A DNA stretch of 64,000 bases from a virus. Positions within the stretch are counted from its first letter, which is position 1. Each line of letters opens with the position of its first letter. The notes beneath the pieces were generated by a model. The model had not been told where the DNA came from. It did not search any database and saw nothing but the letters and a program-made list of their open reading frames with translations. Both the position numbers and the translations under genes were made by a program. Below are positions 8,829 through 19,039 of the stretch, piece by piece. The DNA lies in IMG/VR virus record IMGVR_UViG_3300008629_000003, positions 8,694-72,693 of that record. One strand, written 5' to 3'.

Positions 8829-10832
8829 CTACGATTTAGCTAGAACCTTGCGCAAAACATCGGTCGCGACCCAACTGTTGACGGTCAATTGGACATCGAT
8901 CTGAGTAGCAGAGACAACCCCCACCACCGTCGTCTCTTCTAGCACAGTGTTGGCCGCGTTACGCACCTCTACCGTGTCACCGGTACCAAACCCCTTCGTC
9001 GTCGCTACGGTCAAGCGCGTGGACGTTGGGATCGGGTTTGTATCGGGTCCAGTCATTGCTGACGCCAGCGCGATCTCGTACTGCATGTCCACAGTCGAGA
9101 TCGGGAGCAAGTTTTTCGCCGCCCAATACGCGATCTGTTCAGGTGTCAAAAGGGGCGCGGTGTTCGGAAACTCCAGGCAAAGGTCCAGAAGTGTCTGAGC
9201 GCTGTCTAGGTACACCGGGCTGACTTGTGGCCAAGTCTTCTCAAGGTTCCATCCGGCCAATGTTGCGACCTGTTGGTACGCTGGCAACTCCGAACAGCAA
9301 ATCCGTTGGAGCTCTATCTCTGCGCCTCGTTTGGTTCCGCGCATTTCGGCGACGGCATATTGGTGGCGCATCCATAGGTCTTTTTCGTCGTTGAGACTGC
9401 ACCCGCCGTCGATGAAGTTGGCCTCTACCCACGCCTGTAAAAATAACGGTCGGCGGCTGTTGTCCGACATCCGGTACCCTGCCGACGCGTGGCTTACGTA
9501 TAGGGTGGTCGTGGTGTCCTGTGCCGCACCAATCCGCACCAAATCGGTACCCAAAGCGCCGGTGAAAACGCTGTATAGAACGCGATCGACAATGTACCCG
9601 TCGACAACGAGGTACACAACCGACCGCCCGAACACGAGGACTTCGACCGTGTGTTCTGCTCCAACATCGACCCTCCACCCTTGGCCCACCTCCCCAAAGG
9701 TCGCCGCCGAGTCCGCATTCTTTGATAGTCGCCATTCGTATTGGCTGCCGGCCACGACTTCACGCAGGTACGCGTAGACCCCGCGGTGGCCGTTGTGGAG
9801 CTCTAGCATTGGCCCGACTCGCTTCTCGGCGTCGGCCGTGAAGCTTTCCACCAAAAAAGTCGCACGCGCAACATACTGGACACGATTTGGCTTTGGCGTC
9901 GCCGGCGTCGTCGCCTGCATGTAATGAGGCGACGCACCGCCCGAGGGTGACATCTTGATCCGTTGACGCGTGACCGCTATGGTACCGCCAACCTGTGTCC
10001 ATGCCGGCACCTCAGCCGAGGGCAAGCGATCGCCTAGAGCGTGCAACGCAAACACGTCTACCGTTGCCGCGGTGATAGCCGAGGGCACCTCTTCAAAGTC
10101 ACTTTGTACGCTCTCGAATACTCCGAGGGTGGCACGCGCCCCCGCTTCCGCAATTTCGGTCCATTGATCTCGGAGAGCTTTTGGCACCGTATTTTTGAGG
10201 CGTTCAATTTGCCACGGTCTCGGGATCGGGCGGTTTAGGCCCGCCTCAACATCAAAGAGGCGCACCTTGCCCGCGCTGGCCCGCAAAATCCCAAGGCCGT
10301 ACACGGGCTTGGACACCGACGGCGCAACCCCGAGGCCGTAAGGGATCGCGGCTTTCCATTCGTCATCAACGAACAACACCCAGCGCCTTGCGCGATCTTT
10401 CCTCAACTTGTACCGGTGGCGCTGGTTCCACGACCAGCCGGTGGCGACTTCTGAAATCACCGTCCCCGCGGTGGGGTCAATGAATTGCAGCGTCGCCCCT
10501 ACGGACACACCGATTTCTCTCATCCCGTCAGAAATCGCCAAGACAATAGCCGACGCACCCGTTGAATAGGTCGGCTGGCTTACCCCCTGGAGGCTTACCT
10601 GAATCTCTGCCGCGTCTTGAGTCCTGACTACTCCGTTGGAGTCCACCTCGTGCAGCTTGTGAACAAACGCCGCAAGTGTAGCGCCCGAGGACTCGACAAC
10701 GACCTCCGTGTCGTCATTGGCCAACAACGGCGCAACGCCCCCCGTATATGTCCACGGGTCTGGGGACGCCGCGGCGTTTGGAAGGTACCCCTTGGTCGGG
10801 CTGTAGTATACGGTTCGGCGGTTGCTCGGCAC
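8829..10832 (-). CDS. Baseplate wedge/tail protein with beta-sandwich domains
   Basis: Directly downstream of baseplate J; beta-rich; MRGTKRG segment reminiscent of gpI-type wedge proteins. Confidence 0.55.
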   Translation of the reverse strand: MPSNRRTVYYSPTKGYLPNAAASPDPWTYTGGVAPLLANDDTEVVVESSGATLAAFVHKLHEVDSNGVVRTQDAAEIQVSLQGVSQPTYSTGASAIVLAISDGMREIGVSVGATLQFIDPTAGTVISEVATGWSWNQRHRYKLRKDRARRWVLFVDDEWKAAIPYGLGVAPSVSKPVYGLGILRASAGKVRLFDVEAGLNRPIPRPWQIERLKNTVPKALRDQWTEIAEAGARATLGVFESVQSDFEEVPSAITAATVDVFALHALGDRLPSAEVPAWTQVGGTIAVTRQRIKMSPSGGASPHYMQATTPATPKPNRVQYVARATFLVESFTADAEKRVGPMLELHNGHRGVYAYLREVVAGSQYEWRLSKNADSAATFGEVGQGWRVDVGAEHTVEVLVFGRSVVYLVVDGYIVDRVLYSVFTGALGTDLVRIGAAQDTTTTLYVSHASAGYRMSDNSRRPLFLQAWVEANFIDGGCSLNDEKDLWMRHQYAVAEMRGTKRGAEIELQRICCSELPAYQQVATLAGWNLEKTWPQVSPVYLDSAQTLLDLCLEFPNTAPLLTPEQIAYWAAKNLLPISTVDMQYEIALASAMTGPDTNPIPTSTRLTVATTKGFGTGDTVEVRNAANTVLEETTVVGVVSATQIDVQLTVNSWVATDVLRKVLAKS

Positions 10833-12215
10833 TTAGAAGCTCTGGGAGAGGGATGCGTTGACTGTCGTTGCCGTGGCGGTGTCCAGCAAAGACAACCGGA
10901 CAAGGTGTGGGAGGCTATCGGCGGCCACGACGACGTTAGCCGCGGGAAGAAATGCCGCGGTGTCTACAGACGAAACCCCCGGCGTATCGACCAGCAAAGA
11001 CAACAGCTTGGCCTCGTCAACGTCGGCACCAAAGTCCCATTTTCGGTAATCCAGATAATCGGCCAACCTACCCGACGCCGACTTCCAGACAGCCTCCAGG
11101 GTGGTGTCTGTGTCGATCGTGATTTGGGCCTCGACTTCCACCGCCGTCAAAGTGATGTTTTGGAGGCTGACAGTCATGTGAGACCGTGAGCGTTGGCCGA
11201 TGTAGAGCTCCAGCGCATCTAAGGCCGCGGTGGTAAAGACGTTACCCGACCGATGGAGTACCTTGGCCTCCATTTGCCCAGAAACCGTCGACGCTACTTG
11301 CACAACGCGTAGCACGTCGATGTTCCCGAGCTTGGCTATTGACTCCAACCAACTACGCGTCTCTTGAGACAGACCGGAAGGGCCGTGCACCGCGCGGTAC
11401 TTCAGATCAAAGTCGGTTTCTGTATCGGCGCCGCCTGTTGCCCGCTCGGGGTTTGAAACCGACAACAGGCCAGCGACCGACGGCGCCAAGTCTTCCGCGC
11501 TTAGCGCGTCCACATTTCCCGACGCCCCCGCCACCACCGCCTCAGCCCAGACCTTGTCGGCTAGAGATAGGGACGAGCTTTCGCCATCCAGCACGGCGTT
11601 CGCGTCGCCCGTCGTAACACTTGCCAACGTCTCGAAATTTACCCCGGCCGATGTGCTCAGCGTGGAGCCTATCGGGATCGTTTTTCGCAGAAGTATGTCC
11701 ACATCATCCGTCGACGGCGCATAGGTTCCCGACAAGGTGGCCACCTCGATCTCATCCCCCCCACCTGGCCCGGTGCCAGAGGTCACCGCAATGATGGTCG
11801 CCGTCTCGGTAACCGTTCCCGCCCCGTTGCGAATTCTGATCGAATTCGTTGCCGTAAAGCCCGCGCTATCGTCTACCTCAATCTTGTCGGTGCCCGCGCT
11901 GGTTATCGCTTGTACGTTTGCGCTGGTTGGCGTAAAAATGACCAACATCTTGGCGCGCTGAGCTCCAAACCGCTCCGCGCCGCGCTCGGCGGCGACCTCT
12001 GTTGCAACGTCATCGCTGGCAGACAACAGCGTAAACCGGCGCAGCAATGCAGTATATAAGAGGTGTGAGTTGTAGGCCAAACCCGCCGTCGCGCCTGCCC
12101 ATGCCCGCGCGACCGAGTTGCGGCCAAACCAAGTCACTTGGTCGGTGTATCGCCGAAACCTCTTGATCCACTCTTCCGTGTATTGCTCGGGCTTTCTAAG
12201 CTCTGGGATTGACAC
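10833..12215 (-). CDS. Baseplate J-like wedge protein
   Basis: AEAVVAGASGNV...VSNPERATGGADTETDFDLKYR motif. Confidence 0.85.
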   Translation of the reverse strand: MSIPELRKPEQYTEEWIKRFRRYTDQVTWFGRNSVARAWAGATAGLAYNSHLLYTALLRRFTLLSASDDVATEVAAERGAERFGAQRAKMLVIFTPTSANVQAITSAGTDKIEVDDSAGFTATNSIRIRNGAGTVTETATIIAVTSGTGPGGGDEIEVATLSGTYAPSTDDVDILLRKTIPIGSTLSTSAGVNFETLASVTTGDANAVLDGESSSLSLADKVWAEAVVAGASGNVDALSAEDLAPSVAGLLSVSNPERATGGADTETDFDLKYRAVHGPSGLSQETRSWLESIAKLGNIDVLRVVQVASTVSGQMEAKVLHRSGNVFTTAALDALELYIGQRSRSHMTVSLQNITLTAVEVEAQITIDTDTTLEAVWKSASGRLADYLDYRKWDFGADVDEAKLLSLLVDTPGVSSVDTAAFLPAANVVVAADSLPHLVRLSLLDTATATTVNASLSQSF

Positions 12216-13963
12216 TAGGCGCCCCCGCTGCGGATTGTCCCGCCGTTGATCGTAGATGCTGAAACGGACACGTCGAACGCCCCGTCAACAACCTGGACAC
12301 CAATCTTTTGGATGTTCGTAAGACGCGGATCAGTAGACAACACGCCGGTCAGACGATCGGCAATATATGCCTCCCGCACTTCTGGCGGGATCTCGCTTAT
12401 TCCATCCATGACGTACTCCGAAAACTCGGCAATGATGACCTCCACGCCTTGCAGTATACAGTCGCCGCCGCTCACCACGTCGATGTCCCCCGACGCGGTT
12501 TGAGTCATGTCTATACGCATGTCGACCCCCCACGCACTCTTCCCAACGTGCGAACCAAACGTCGGCAACCCTTCGACGGGTGAAGGACGTGGTCGCAGGC
12601 TCGGTATTTTCAGCACACGGCCCGCGCGGAGCGCCTCTTGTGGCGTTAGGCGATTTCCCTCCAAGATCGTCGCCCATGCCACCCCAAAGATTCCCTCAAT
12701 CGACTGCGCCGTGTCGGTGTCGAGCACGGTGTGATCGACTGAGCCAGTGTACGGCCCCACCCCCTGCCCACCGCTCGATAAATACGCCTGGAAATCGCGG
12801 TCGGACATGCCAAAAAACATCCCGCCCACCGCTTGCTGAGCCGCCTCGGCTTCGATCTCCGCAAACATTGCCACCGTGTCGGCCACCTTGAGGGCCGCAA
12901 GCCCCCCCGCCTGTGAGCTCCAATCAACGCGCCCCCGGTCGATTGCTATTTCTTCGACATGGACCGCCGCGATCACTTCCCGGGCCGTGTTGGAGAGGCT
13001 CTCGGCCGTCGTCAGGAAATCCGCAGCGCTTGACGCGACCCCAATGTCGGCACCCTGCGCCCCGGCGCCTGTAGGTAGCGTTGCGGTTGCGCTGGCGGCG
13101 TCCGTGGTGTTGGATGTCGTTGGACCGCTGTTCGCTGTTTTGCCCACGGCTTGGTTAGTGCGTTTTGCAGCGCCACCGGCCATCACATTCGCCGCGCTGT
13201 TCTTCTGTGCTTGAAACGCCGCCACGCTGCCCTCGGCTTGGCTGGCCAAGATTCCTACCGGTTGACCAACTAGCGCGTCGGCCAAGGTTTCCAGGGTCAG
13301 CGACGAAATCAGAGAGTTGGCGTTGCTCCAGGCGTTAAGCCCTGCCATCAAGCCCGATAATAGAGCTTGCATAAGGCCACCGGTAACGAGCGGTCCAACT
13401 TCGCGAGCTGTAATCGAGTACCACACGGCCCCAGACGCCGACGATCGGCGCGCGGATCGCTCGTACCGCACGTCGGCGATCAGCGCCTCAAATTTGTTGT
13501 TATTCCAAAAATCGTAGAAGTTAAGGAAAAACGTGGATTTTTCGGGGTCGAAGTCTGTAAGCTTCAAAGCCAACAACGGCGTGCCGGTCAGCCAATTGAT
13601 GCACGCGTCCACATCTTCGCGGCTGATAGCTTCCGATAGTCTAACGATTTCGTCGTCAAACCGCTGGAAGCGCATACTCCCATCCCCAAAAAACAAGCCA
13701 AGGCCGCGCGGCGCTACTCCGAATGTTCCCTGAAACGAATACGCGACAAGAGCCCGGCCACCACGGGTCAGAAGGGTGCCACCCGTCGTCCGATCGACCG
13801 CTGAACGACTCCCCCCAGATATCGCAATGGTATTCGGAACGACGACCAACGGGTGCACCGCCAAGCTTTTAACTACGACGTCCCCGTTGGATTGCGTTGT
13901 CCGCATTCCAAGCTCAAACAGAAAGAGGCTTAGCTGGCCCCCGGCGTTATTTGCGGCAGGCAT
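12215..13963 (-). CDS. Baseplate protein: tube-initiator-like N-terminus, LysM, gp25-like C-terminus
   Basis: HTVLDTDTAQSI..FGVAWATILEGNRL (LysM); GDIDVVSGGDCILQ...DPRL (gp25-like). Confidence 0.6.
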   Translation of the reverse strand: MPAANNAGGQLSLFLFELGMRTTQSNGDVVVKSLAVHPLVVVPNTIAISGGSRSAVDRTTGGTLLTRGGRALVAYSFQGTFGVAPRGLGLFFGDGSMRFQRFDDEIVRLSEAISREDVDACINWLTGTPLLALKLTDFDPEKSTFFLNFYDFWNNNKFEALIADVRYERSARRSSASGAVWYSITAREVGPLVTGGLMQALLSGLMAGLNAWSNANSLISSLTLETLADALVGQPVGILASQAEGSVAAFQAQKNSAANVMAGGAAKRTNQAVGKTANSGPTTSNTTDAASATATLPTGAGAQGADIGVASSAADFLTTAESLSNTAREVIAAVHVEEIAIDRGRVDWSSQAGGLAALKVADTVAMFAEIEAEAAQQAVGGMFFGMSDRDFQAYLSSGGQGVGPYTGSVDHTVLDTDTAQSIEGIFGVAWATILEGNRLTPQEALRAGRVLKIPSLRPRPSPVEGLPTFGSHVGKSAWGVDMRIDMTQTASGDIDVVSGGDCILQGVEVIIAEFSEYVMDGISEIPPEVREAYIADRLTGVLSTDPRLTNIQKIGVQVVDGAFDVSVSASTINGGTIRSGGA

Positions 13964-13966
13964 GAG

Positions 13967-14338
13967 TCAGTCCAGAGGGCAAAAGAGATCGACGGAAAAC
14001 GTGGGGAGCTCGGGCAAAGCTGGAAGCGGTGGCACCGGCAAGGCCACCGGAAACGACGGAAGTGGGATCGGAGGGATGGCGCAATTTCCCGCCCCGAGCG
14101 GACACGACAAATCGATGGAAAAAAACGGGAGCTCTGGCAAGGCCGGCAACGGGGGAACGGACACCGCAAGCGGAAACGCGGGAAGCGGGATCGGGGGAAT
14201 GGCACAATTCCCCGCCCCGAGCGGACACGACAAATCGACGGAAAAGGACGGGAGCTCGGGCAAGGCCGGTAACGGGGGCAACGGTAACGACACCGGGAAC
14301 GCGGGAAGCGGAATCGGAGGAATGGCACAACGAGTCAT
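13967..14338 (-). CDS. Pro-rich protein of three tandem 41-aa Cys-bounded repeats
   Basis: (CAIPPIPLP...LPALPELP.FS.DL.CPL) x3; 123-bp DNA repeats diverging mostly silently or conservatively. Confidence 0.7.
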   Translation of the reverse strand: MTRCAIPPIPLPAFPVSLPLPPLPALPELPSFSVDLSCPLGAGNCAIPPIPLPAFPLAVSVPPLPALPELPFFSIDLSCPLGAGNCAIPPIPLPSFPVALPVPPLPALPELPTFSVDLFCPLD

Positions 14339-14377
14339 CTACGCGTCCCTTGTTTCCCCCACTATCGCACATTTCGG

Positions 14378-15319
14378 TCAATGCCCCGCGATGACTTTGG
14401 AGAGGTAGATGTTGGCGGCGGTTGGGAGGGTTAGTTTTGTCGCCATTGCCGTCGCAAGAGGAGCGACCCCGGAGGGTGCCGTAGCAACGCCCACGGCCAG
14501 CTCTGAAAGAACCGCGGCAAGGTCAGAGAAAAACTGCCCCGACAAGATGTACGGATCGCCCGGTGCTGCGTTCCCGTTGCCAAGCTGCACCTCAGACCCG
14601 AACACCTGAGCTTTGGCTGCCATCGTTGTCGCCTTGCCATCCGACAATCGAAACATTTCCGCCCCCCCTTGGCGAATCATCGTGATGCCCGAGGCTTTGT
14701 CGGCCTGCATCGTAAACCAATCACCCCCCGAGGTATTGATCGCGACGTCCGTTTTGCCAACGACAAGTCTCGATCCCGAGCTTGTGGAAATCGAAAGCTC
14801 GTCCCGGTCAGCGTCCAGACTGACGTAGAACCGCGCGGCCGTGTCCATGTCGCGACCGATGGACAAACGAAACGTCCCACGGTCATCATAGGCAGCCTCC
14901 CACTCGATCACGGCTTGCTGTTCACCGGCTGCATTCAACGGTCTCAGACGTCCTGCTAAGCGATTGGGTGATGATCCTGCGCTGTCGTTGCGCGGCTTCA
15001 AGAAATCCGTAGAGCTCAACGAGCGCACGCCCCCGCGTACGATTGGGAGCTTCGGATTCCCGTGGAGAAAATCGATCAAGACGTGATCGCCTTTGACGAT
15101 TTCCTTGCCAATGTCGTCGTACACCGCGGGACGCGGGAGCTTTTGGATCCCCTCGTCGTTGAAGCCCCACGACCCCTGACAGATTTGTACCCACTCGATC
15201 GGCCACGTCTCCCCAGAAAAATCCGTCAACACAACCACGTCGCCGACCTGTACGAATCGGCCGGCGCGCGTCGCCGTACTTCGGCCGTGTGGTGCAGCGC
15301 TGATCGGGATTGAGCTCAT
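14378..15319 (-). CDS. Baseplate central spike (gpV/gp5-like OB fold)
   Basis: KGDHVLIDFLHGNPKLPIVRG OB-fold motif followed by beta-strand repeats. Confidence 0.7.
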   Translation of the reverse strand: MSSIPISAAPHGRSTATRAGRFVQVGDVVVLTDFSGETWPIEWVQICQGSWGFNDEGIQKLPRPAVYDDIGKEIVKGDHVLIDFLHGNPKLPIVRGGVRSLSSTDFLKPRNDSAGSSPNRLAGRLRPLNAAGEQQAVIEWEAAYDDRGTFRLSIGRDMDTAARFYVSLDADRDELSISTSSGSRLVVGKTDVAINTSGGDWFTMQADKASGITMIRQGGAEMFRLSDGKATTMAAKAQVFGSEVQLGNGNAAPGDPYILSGQFFSDLAAVLSELAVGVATAPSGVAPLATAMATKLTLPTAANIYLSKVIAGH

Positions 15320-16839
15320 GGGTCCACAAACGTGTAGTTTTGAGGGTTCAAGGTTGGCGCTGTCGCTTTGATCTCTGCTTTCAAGGTTTCTACCATGCTG
15401 TCGTTGTGGCCGCGCTCAAGGCGTAGGGTGGTGAGATAGTGTTGCCCGTAGCTCCAACGGTGCGTGACCCCGGTGCAGTAGAACCTAACGCCATCGGCGC
15501 GCTCCCCGCGGGAAGGGGTGGCCCATGGAAGCAAGACCGGATCCCCGACGCGGTAATGGTCGGCACCAACGACGGTCATCGAGCCGCTTTCGAAAAATGG
15601 ATTTAATCGGTACCAGTTAAAAAGCCGATTCCGAAACTCGCGAACCTCGCCGCCTACGTCGTCGGCCGATACTCCGTCAACTTTGGACGCAACATCCCCA
15701 CCAATAAGGGTCAGACCGCTCTGGTACGAACGCATTCCGAACTTTCCCGCGGCCCAGAGGTCAAGCAACGGAAAAAAGATCCCCTCCTCCAACATGGCCT
15801 CATTTCCGACGAGCGCGTGCTGACTTGTGGTCAGGTAGTAGGACAACGCCTCAGAATCGCCATAGCCTAGATCGTCGCTCACAACATGGCGCTCCTCGAT
15901 CACGTGGTTTTTGTCTGGGTGCGTGACAAATGTGGTCAAGCCATCCCATCCCGCAGACTGTTCAACTACCGGGGCAAAGTCGAGCGCGGGTTCATCAAAA
16001 GGCTTGGGCCTGAGAATTAGGTGAATCTCAGGAATTGGATCATCATCTCTAGGCTTCGTGTCGATCCGTACTTCGTAAAAATCGGAATCGACGATCGAAT
16101 TGAGAAACCCCCATATGGTACCCTGGAAGTTTCGCGGCGTTTCCGAATAGATGCGCTGGTCACCCCACCCACCAACGACGTTCACGGTCGAAATGATCTC
16201 TCGCACCTCGCCGGTTTGACCCGCAAATGGCCCCTTTAGCAACGGAAAGCGCATCGATGGGCAAGCATCCAAGATCCAGTCAGCCACATCTTTCAGCGTC
16301 GCGCCCGAGAACAGGTTGGAGGCTTGCTCGCCGACGCCTGTTGCCGGCCCCCATGTGCCGGGAAGGTTCATCAAGAGAGGATGACCCGGCCCGAACGCTT
16401 CCTCCACGTCCGAGCGAAACACCCGCTCCCCGTTGACGGTCAAAAACGCTTTGACGATGTGATCATTCACCAGGATTTTACCCATATCCATGCCGCTTAG
16501 CTTGATCGTTTTTCTGATTCGTTGACCGATACGGGACCGAGACCGAGACACGCGCGAAACAAATCCAAAGGTGATCCCTCCAGGTACATCGAAACCAATA
16601 GAGATCGGCGTGTTGGGGCCTATGGCTTGATAGATCGACTCGTACCGATTGAGGTTAGCGGCTTGCTTGTGATCGGGCGTGTCGCGCGGCAGCAACACAA
16701 CCGACCAAGAGCCGGCCCCGCCCTGGATCCCCTTATCCGCTGTGAACGACACACATTCAGCACTTAAATCGTACACATCGGAACGATCGTCCGTCACCCA
16801 AACGAAAACCCGCGGCGTCGCGTTTCGAACCGTGGTCAC
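15316..16839 (-). CDS. Baseplate hub protein (gp27-like)
   Basis: Between tape measure and spike; C-terminal GSMTVVG...RVGD...VTHRWSYGQHYLTTLRLERG. Confidence 0.75.
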   Translation of the reverse strand: MTTVRNATPRVFVWVTDDRSDVYDLSAECVSFTADKGIQGGAGSWSVVLLPRDTPDHKQAANLNRYESIYQAIGPNTPISIGFDVPGGITFGFVSRVSRSRSRIGQRIRKTIKLSGMDMGKILVNDHIVKAFLTVNGERVFRSDVEEAFGPGHPLLMNLPGTWGPATGVGEQASNLFSGATLKDVADWILDACPSMRFPLLKGPFAGQTGEVREIISTVNVVGGWGDQRIYSETPRNFQGTIWGFLNSIVDSDFYEVRIDTKPRDDDPIPEIHLILRPKPFDEPALDFAPVVEQSAGWDGLTTFVTHPDKNHVIEERHVVSDDLGYGDSEALSYYLTTSQHALVGNEAMLEEGIFFPLLDLWAAGKFGMRSYQSGLTLIGGDVASKVDGVSADDVGGEVREFRNRLFNWYRLNPFFESGSMTVVGADHYRVGDPVLLPWATPSRGERADGVRFYCTGVTHRWSYGQHYLTTLRLERGHNDSMVETLKAEIKATAPTLNPQNYTFVDP

Positions 16840-18605
16840 AGTCCCGTCCCCCCGCCATACCTCTGAATAATCAAATCTCTTTTGGCTTCCTTTGCTTGTT
16901 CATTAGCCTCCCACCGAGCCCTCTCTGCCGGGGTGGCCGTGCCCATATGCACTTTCCCAGATAGACCGTCACCCAATACGGTGTCCATGGCGTTCTGTAT
17001 GCCCCCGACGGTTTTAATGGCCCCCGACGCCTCCTTGAACGTCGCCGTCAGCTCGACCAGGCTTTCGGCTATGTCTTCTGTTGACTTCTGCCAATCGATA
17101 TTTACCAGCAACCCCATCCCTTCGGCTAGGTTTTGGAAGCTTTTCTGTAAACCGCTCATAACCGTGGAAACGGTTCGGCCGACGCCCATCATCATTTCCT
17201 CAGACGTCAACCCGTAGCCTTCGCCCCTGCTCACGGTAGCCGCCCCGGTAGCAACGAAGCCGCCGCGTTTGTACGCGCTCTGCTCCCCGCGGTTTTTCCG
17301 CGCTTGCAAAGCCGCCGCCGCGCTACGGTCGCCACCCGCGCCGACCTCCGCTTTGTATGCCGCCAGCCCTTCGGCCGAGCCAAGGTTCTGGACCAGCGCC
17401 TCCAACTCATGGGCTTTTAGCTGCCCCCCGCTTACGGACTCCAGGCCCATAAACATCTGAGTGTTTGAATACCCGGCCGCTTGAAACTCTCCGAACAGAT
17501 CGCCGATGTTGTCGGGGTTGTAGATCCCCTCCTCCAGGCGTTTGCGCATGTCGATGTACGACGGCCCGCCCTTGCGGCCAAAACCCATCACCCGCATCAT
17601 ATACGATTTCATCGGGCCACCCCCCGTCATCGTTCCCTGAAGCCGGTGCAAGAACCCCGTCGCCGCTTGCCCGCGGCCCCGTTCATCATCCGACCCGTTC
17701 AACGTGCCGAAAACAAGGCCCGGCAGCGCTTGAGCTACCCGGAGCCCTTGACGGTCAACGTGGCCAGTCGACGCGAACATATCGCTCACTAGCCCCGTCC
17801 GTTGCTCCATGAATTCGCCGTGGCGCCCTTCGCTCATCCCTAGCCGCGCCGCAAGGCCGGACATTTCCTCCATGTAAGCCGTCCGCGCCGGGGCTCTGCG
17901 TAGAGCTCCAATCAGCTTGCGGGCCGTCCCCATGCTTCGCATCGTGGTGGACGGGTCAATGCCAAACGTCCGTCCGTACCCAAGGAATTCCTGAGCCTCA
18001 CCTCGCCCCACGGTGTTGGTCTGACCGCCTAAAATCTCCATAAATTGCCCGGTTTGCGCGATGGTATAGCCAAGCGCACTCCCATAATTGGTCACGGACC
18101 CCGCGGCCGATGCAAACCTCGCGTCGAGTTGCGCGATTATTTTGCTGAGCTCCATGTACTTGTGGCCCGACTGAAGCAAAAAACCGGTAATCGACGAACC
18201 AAGCCCCACACCAAGCGCCGTCGAGGCCGCGCGGCTTACGAAGGATCCCCCCATCCGGTTGGCTTGACCAAAGGCCGCCCCAATTTGAGACCGGTCCCGC
18301 TCTTTTGTATGAGCCTTGGCTCGGTCCGCGTTCGCTTGGACAACACCCGCCGCCCTGTTCTCTTCGTTTCGCCCTCGATCAGCGTCTAGCCGTTGCTGAT
18401 AGCGCAGATGCGCCCCGAGCCCGGGCGAGCTTGTGGTCTGGGCGGCGTGGTGTGTTTTCGCGTCCCGCCCGAACGTATCGGGCGACCAGACGACGACATC
18501 TTGAAACTCACGTACGGCGGCCGTGGCGTCCCTCACCTTTCGCGAGTAATCGACAATGGCTTGCACGTCGGCCTGCGCGCGGACTCGGATTGTTTGTTCG
18601 CTCAT
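16836..18605 (-). CDS. Tape measure protein (short)
   Basis: Ala/Gly-rich helical protein downstream of the tail chaperones. Confidence 0.7.
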   Translation of the reverse strand: MSEQTIRVRAQADVQAIVDYSRKVRDATAAVREFQDVVVWSPDTFGRDAKTHHAAQTTSSPGLGAHLRYQQRLDADRGRNEENRAAGVVQANADRAKAHTKERDRSQIGAAFGQANRMGGSFVSRAASTALGVGLGSSITGFLLQSGHKYMELSKIIAQLDARFASAAGSVTNYGSALGYTIAQTGQFMEILGGQTNTVGRGEAQEFLGYGRTFGIDPSTTMRSMGTARKLIGALRRAPARTAYMEEMSGLAARLGMSEGRHGEFMEQRTGLVSDMFASTGHVDRQGLRVAQALPGLVFGTLNGSDDERGRGQAATGFLHRLQGTMTGGGPMKSYMMRVMGFGRKGGPSYIDMRKRLEEGIYNPDNIGDLFGEFQAAGYSNTQMFMGLESVSGGQLKAHELEALVQNLGSAEGLAAYKAEVGAGGDRSAAAALQARKNRGEQSAYKRGGFVATGAATVSRGEGYGLTSEEMMMGVGRTVSTVMSGLQKSFQNLAEGMGLLVNIDWQKSTEDIAESLVELTATFKEASGAIKTVGGIQNAMDTVLGDGLSGKVHMGTATPAERARWEANEQAKEAKRDLIIQRYGGGTGL

Positions 18606-19039
18606 TTGTCGGCCTGTGATTTAGGAGAAATCGATCCCATTCGTAGAGTCATGGGCGCGCTTCGCTCCTGCTTTTTCTTGTGGATGTACTTGAGGCGTTT
18701 CTGTACGTCTGCACTGTTCAAGAAATCCAGATTCCGCGTCGTCATCTTCTCACCCAGGGACGGATCCGCTTGGACATCGCTGGCAAACACCGCGGTCGGG
18801 TTTGATCGTTCGTGCAGTCGTCGCTCTTGGTATGCCGACATGAGGAGGTCTCTTAGAATTTCGGGGTCTGTAGCGCTGAGGTATCGTTCGTCCCGAACTG
18901 AATAGCCATAGCGCTGGCGCCATACCTCTCGAAAGTTGCTTGATTCGTGCCACGCCTGAACGATGACAGGGTGATCACTGTGTCGCGGGATTTGCGCAAC
19001 GCCCTCCACATTCAAGACGTGGAGGGCCGCTCGTTTCCC
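18602..19039 (-). CDS. Tail assembly chaperone, -1 frameshift extension (lambda gpT-like)
   Basis: G-GGA-AAC slippery heptamer at 19033-19039 shifts into the GKRAALHVL... frame. Confidence 0.7.
   Translation of the reverse strand, partial: GKRAALHVLNVEGVAQIPRHSDHPVIVQAWHESSNFREVWRQRYGYSVRDERYLSATDPEILRDLLMSAYQERRLHERSNPTAVFASDVQADPSLGEKMTTRNLDFLNSADVQKRLKYIHKKKQERSAPMTLRMGSISPKSQADK

Noticed and set aside
13776-14408. Gly-rich collagen-like ORF on the + strand
   Set aside because: Antisense shadow of the Pro-rich repeat gene in a - strand operon
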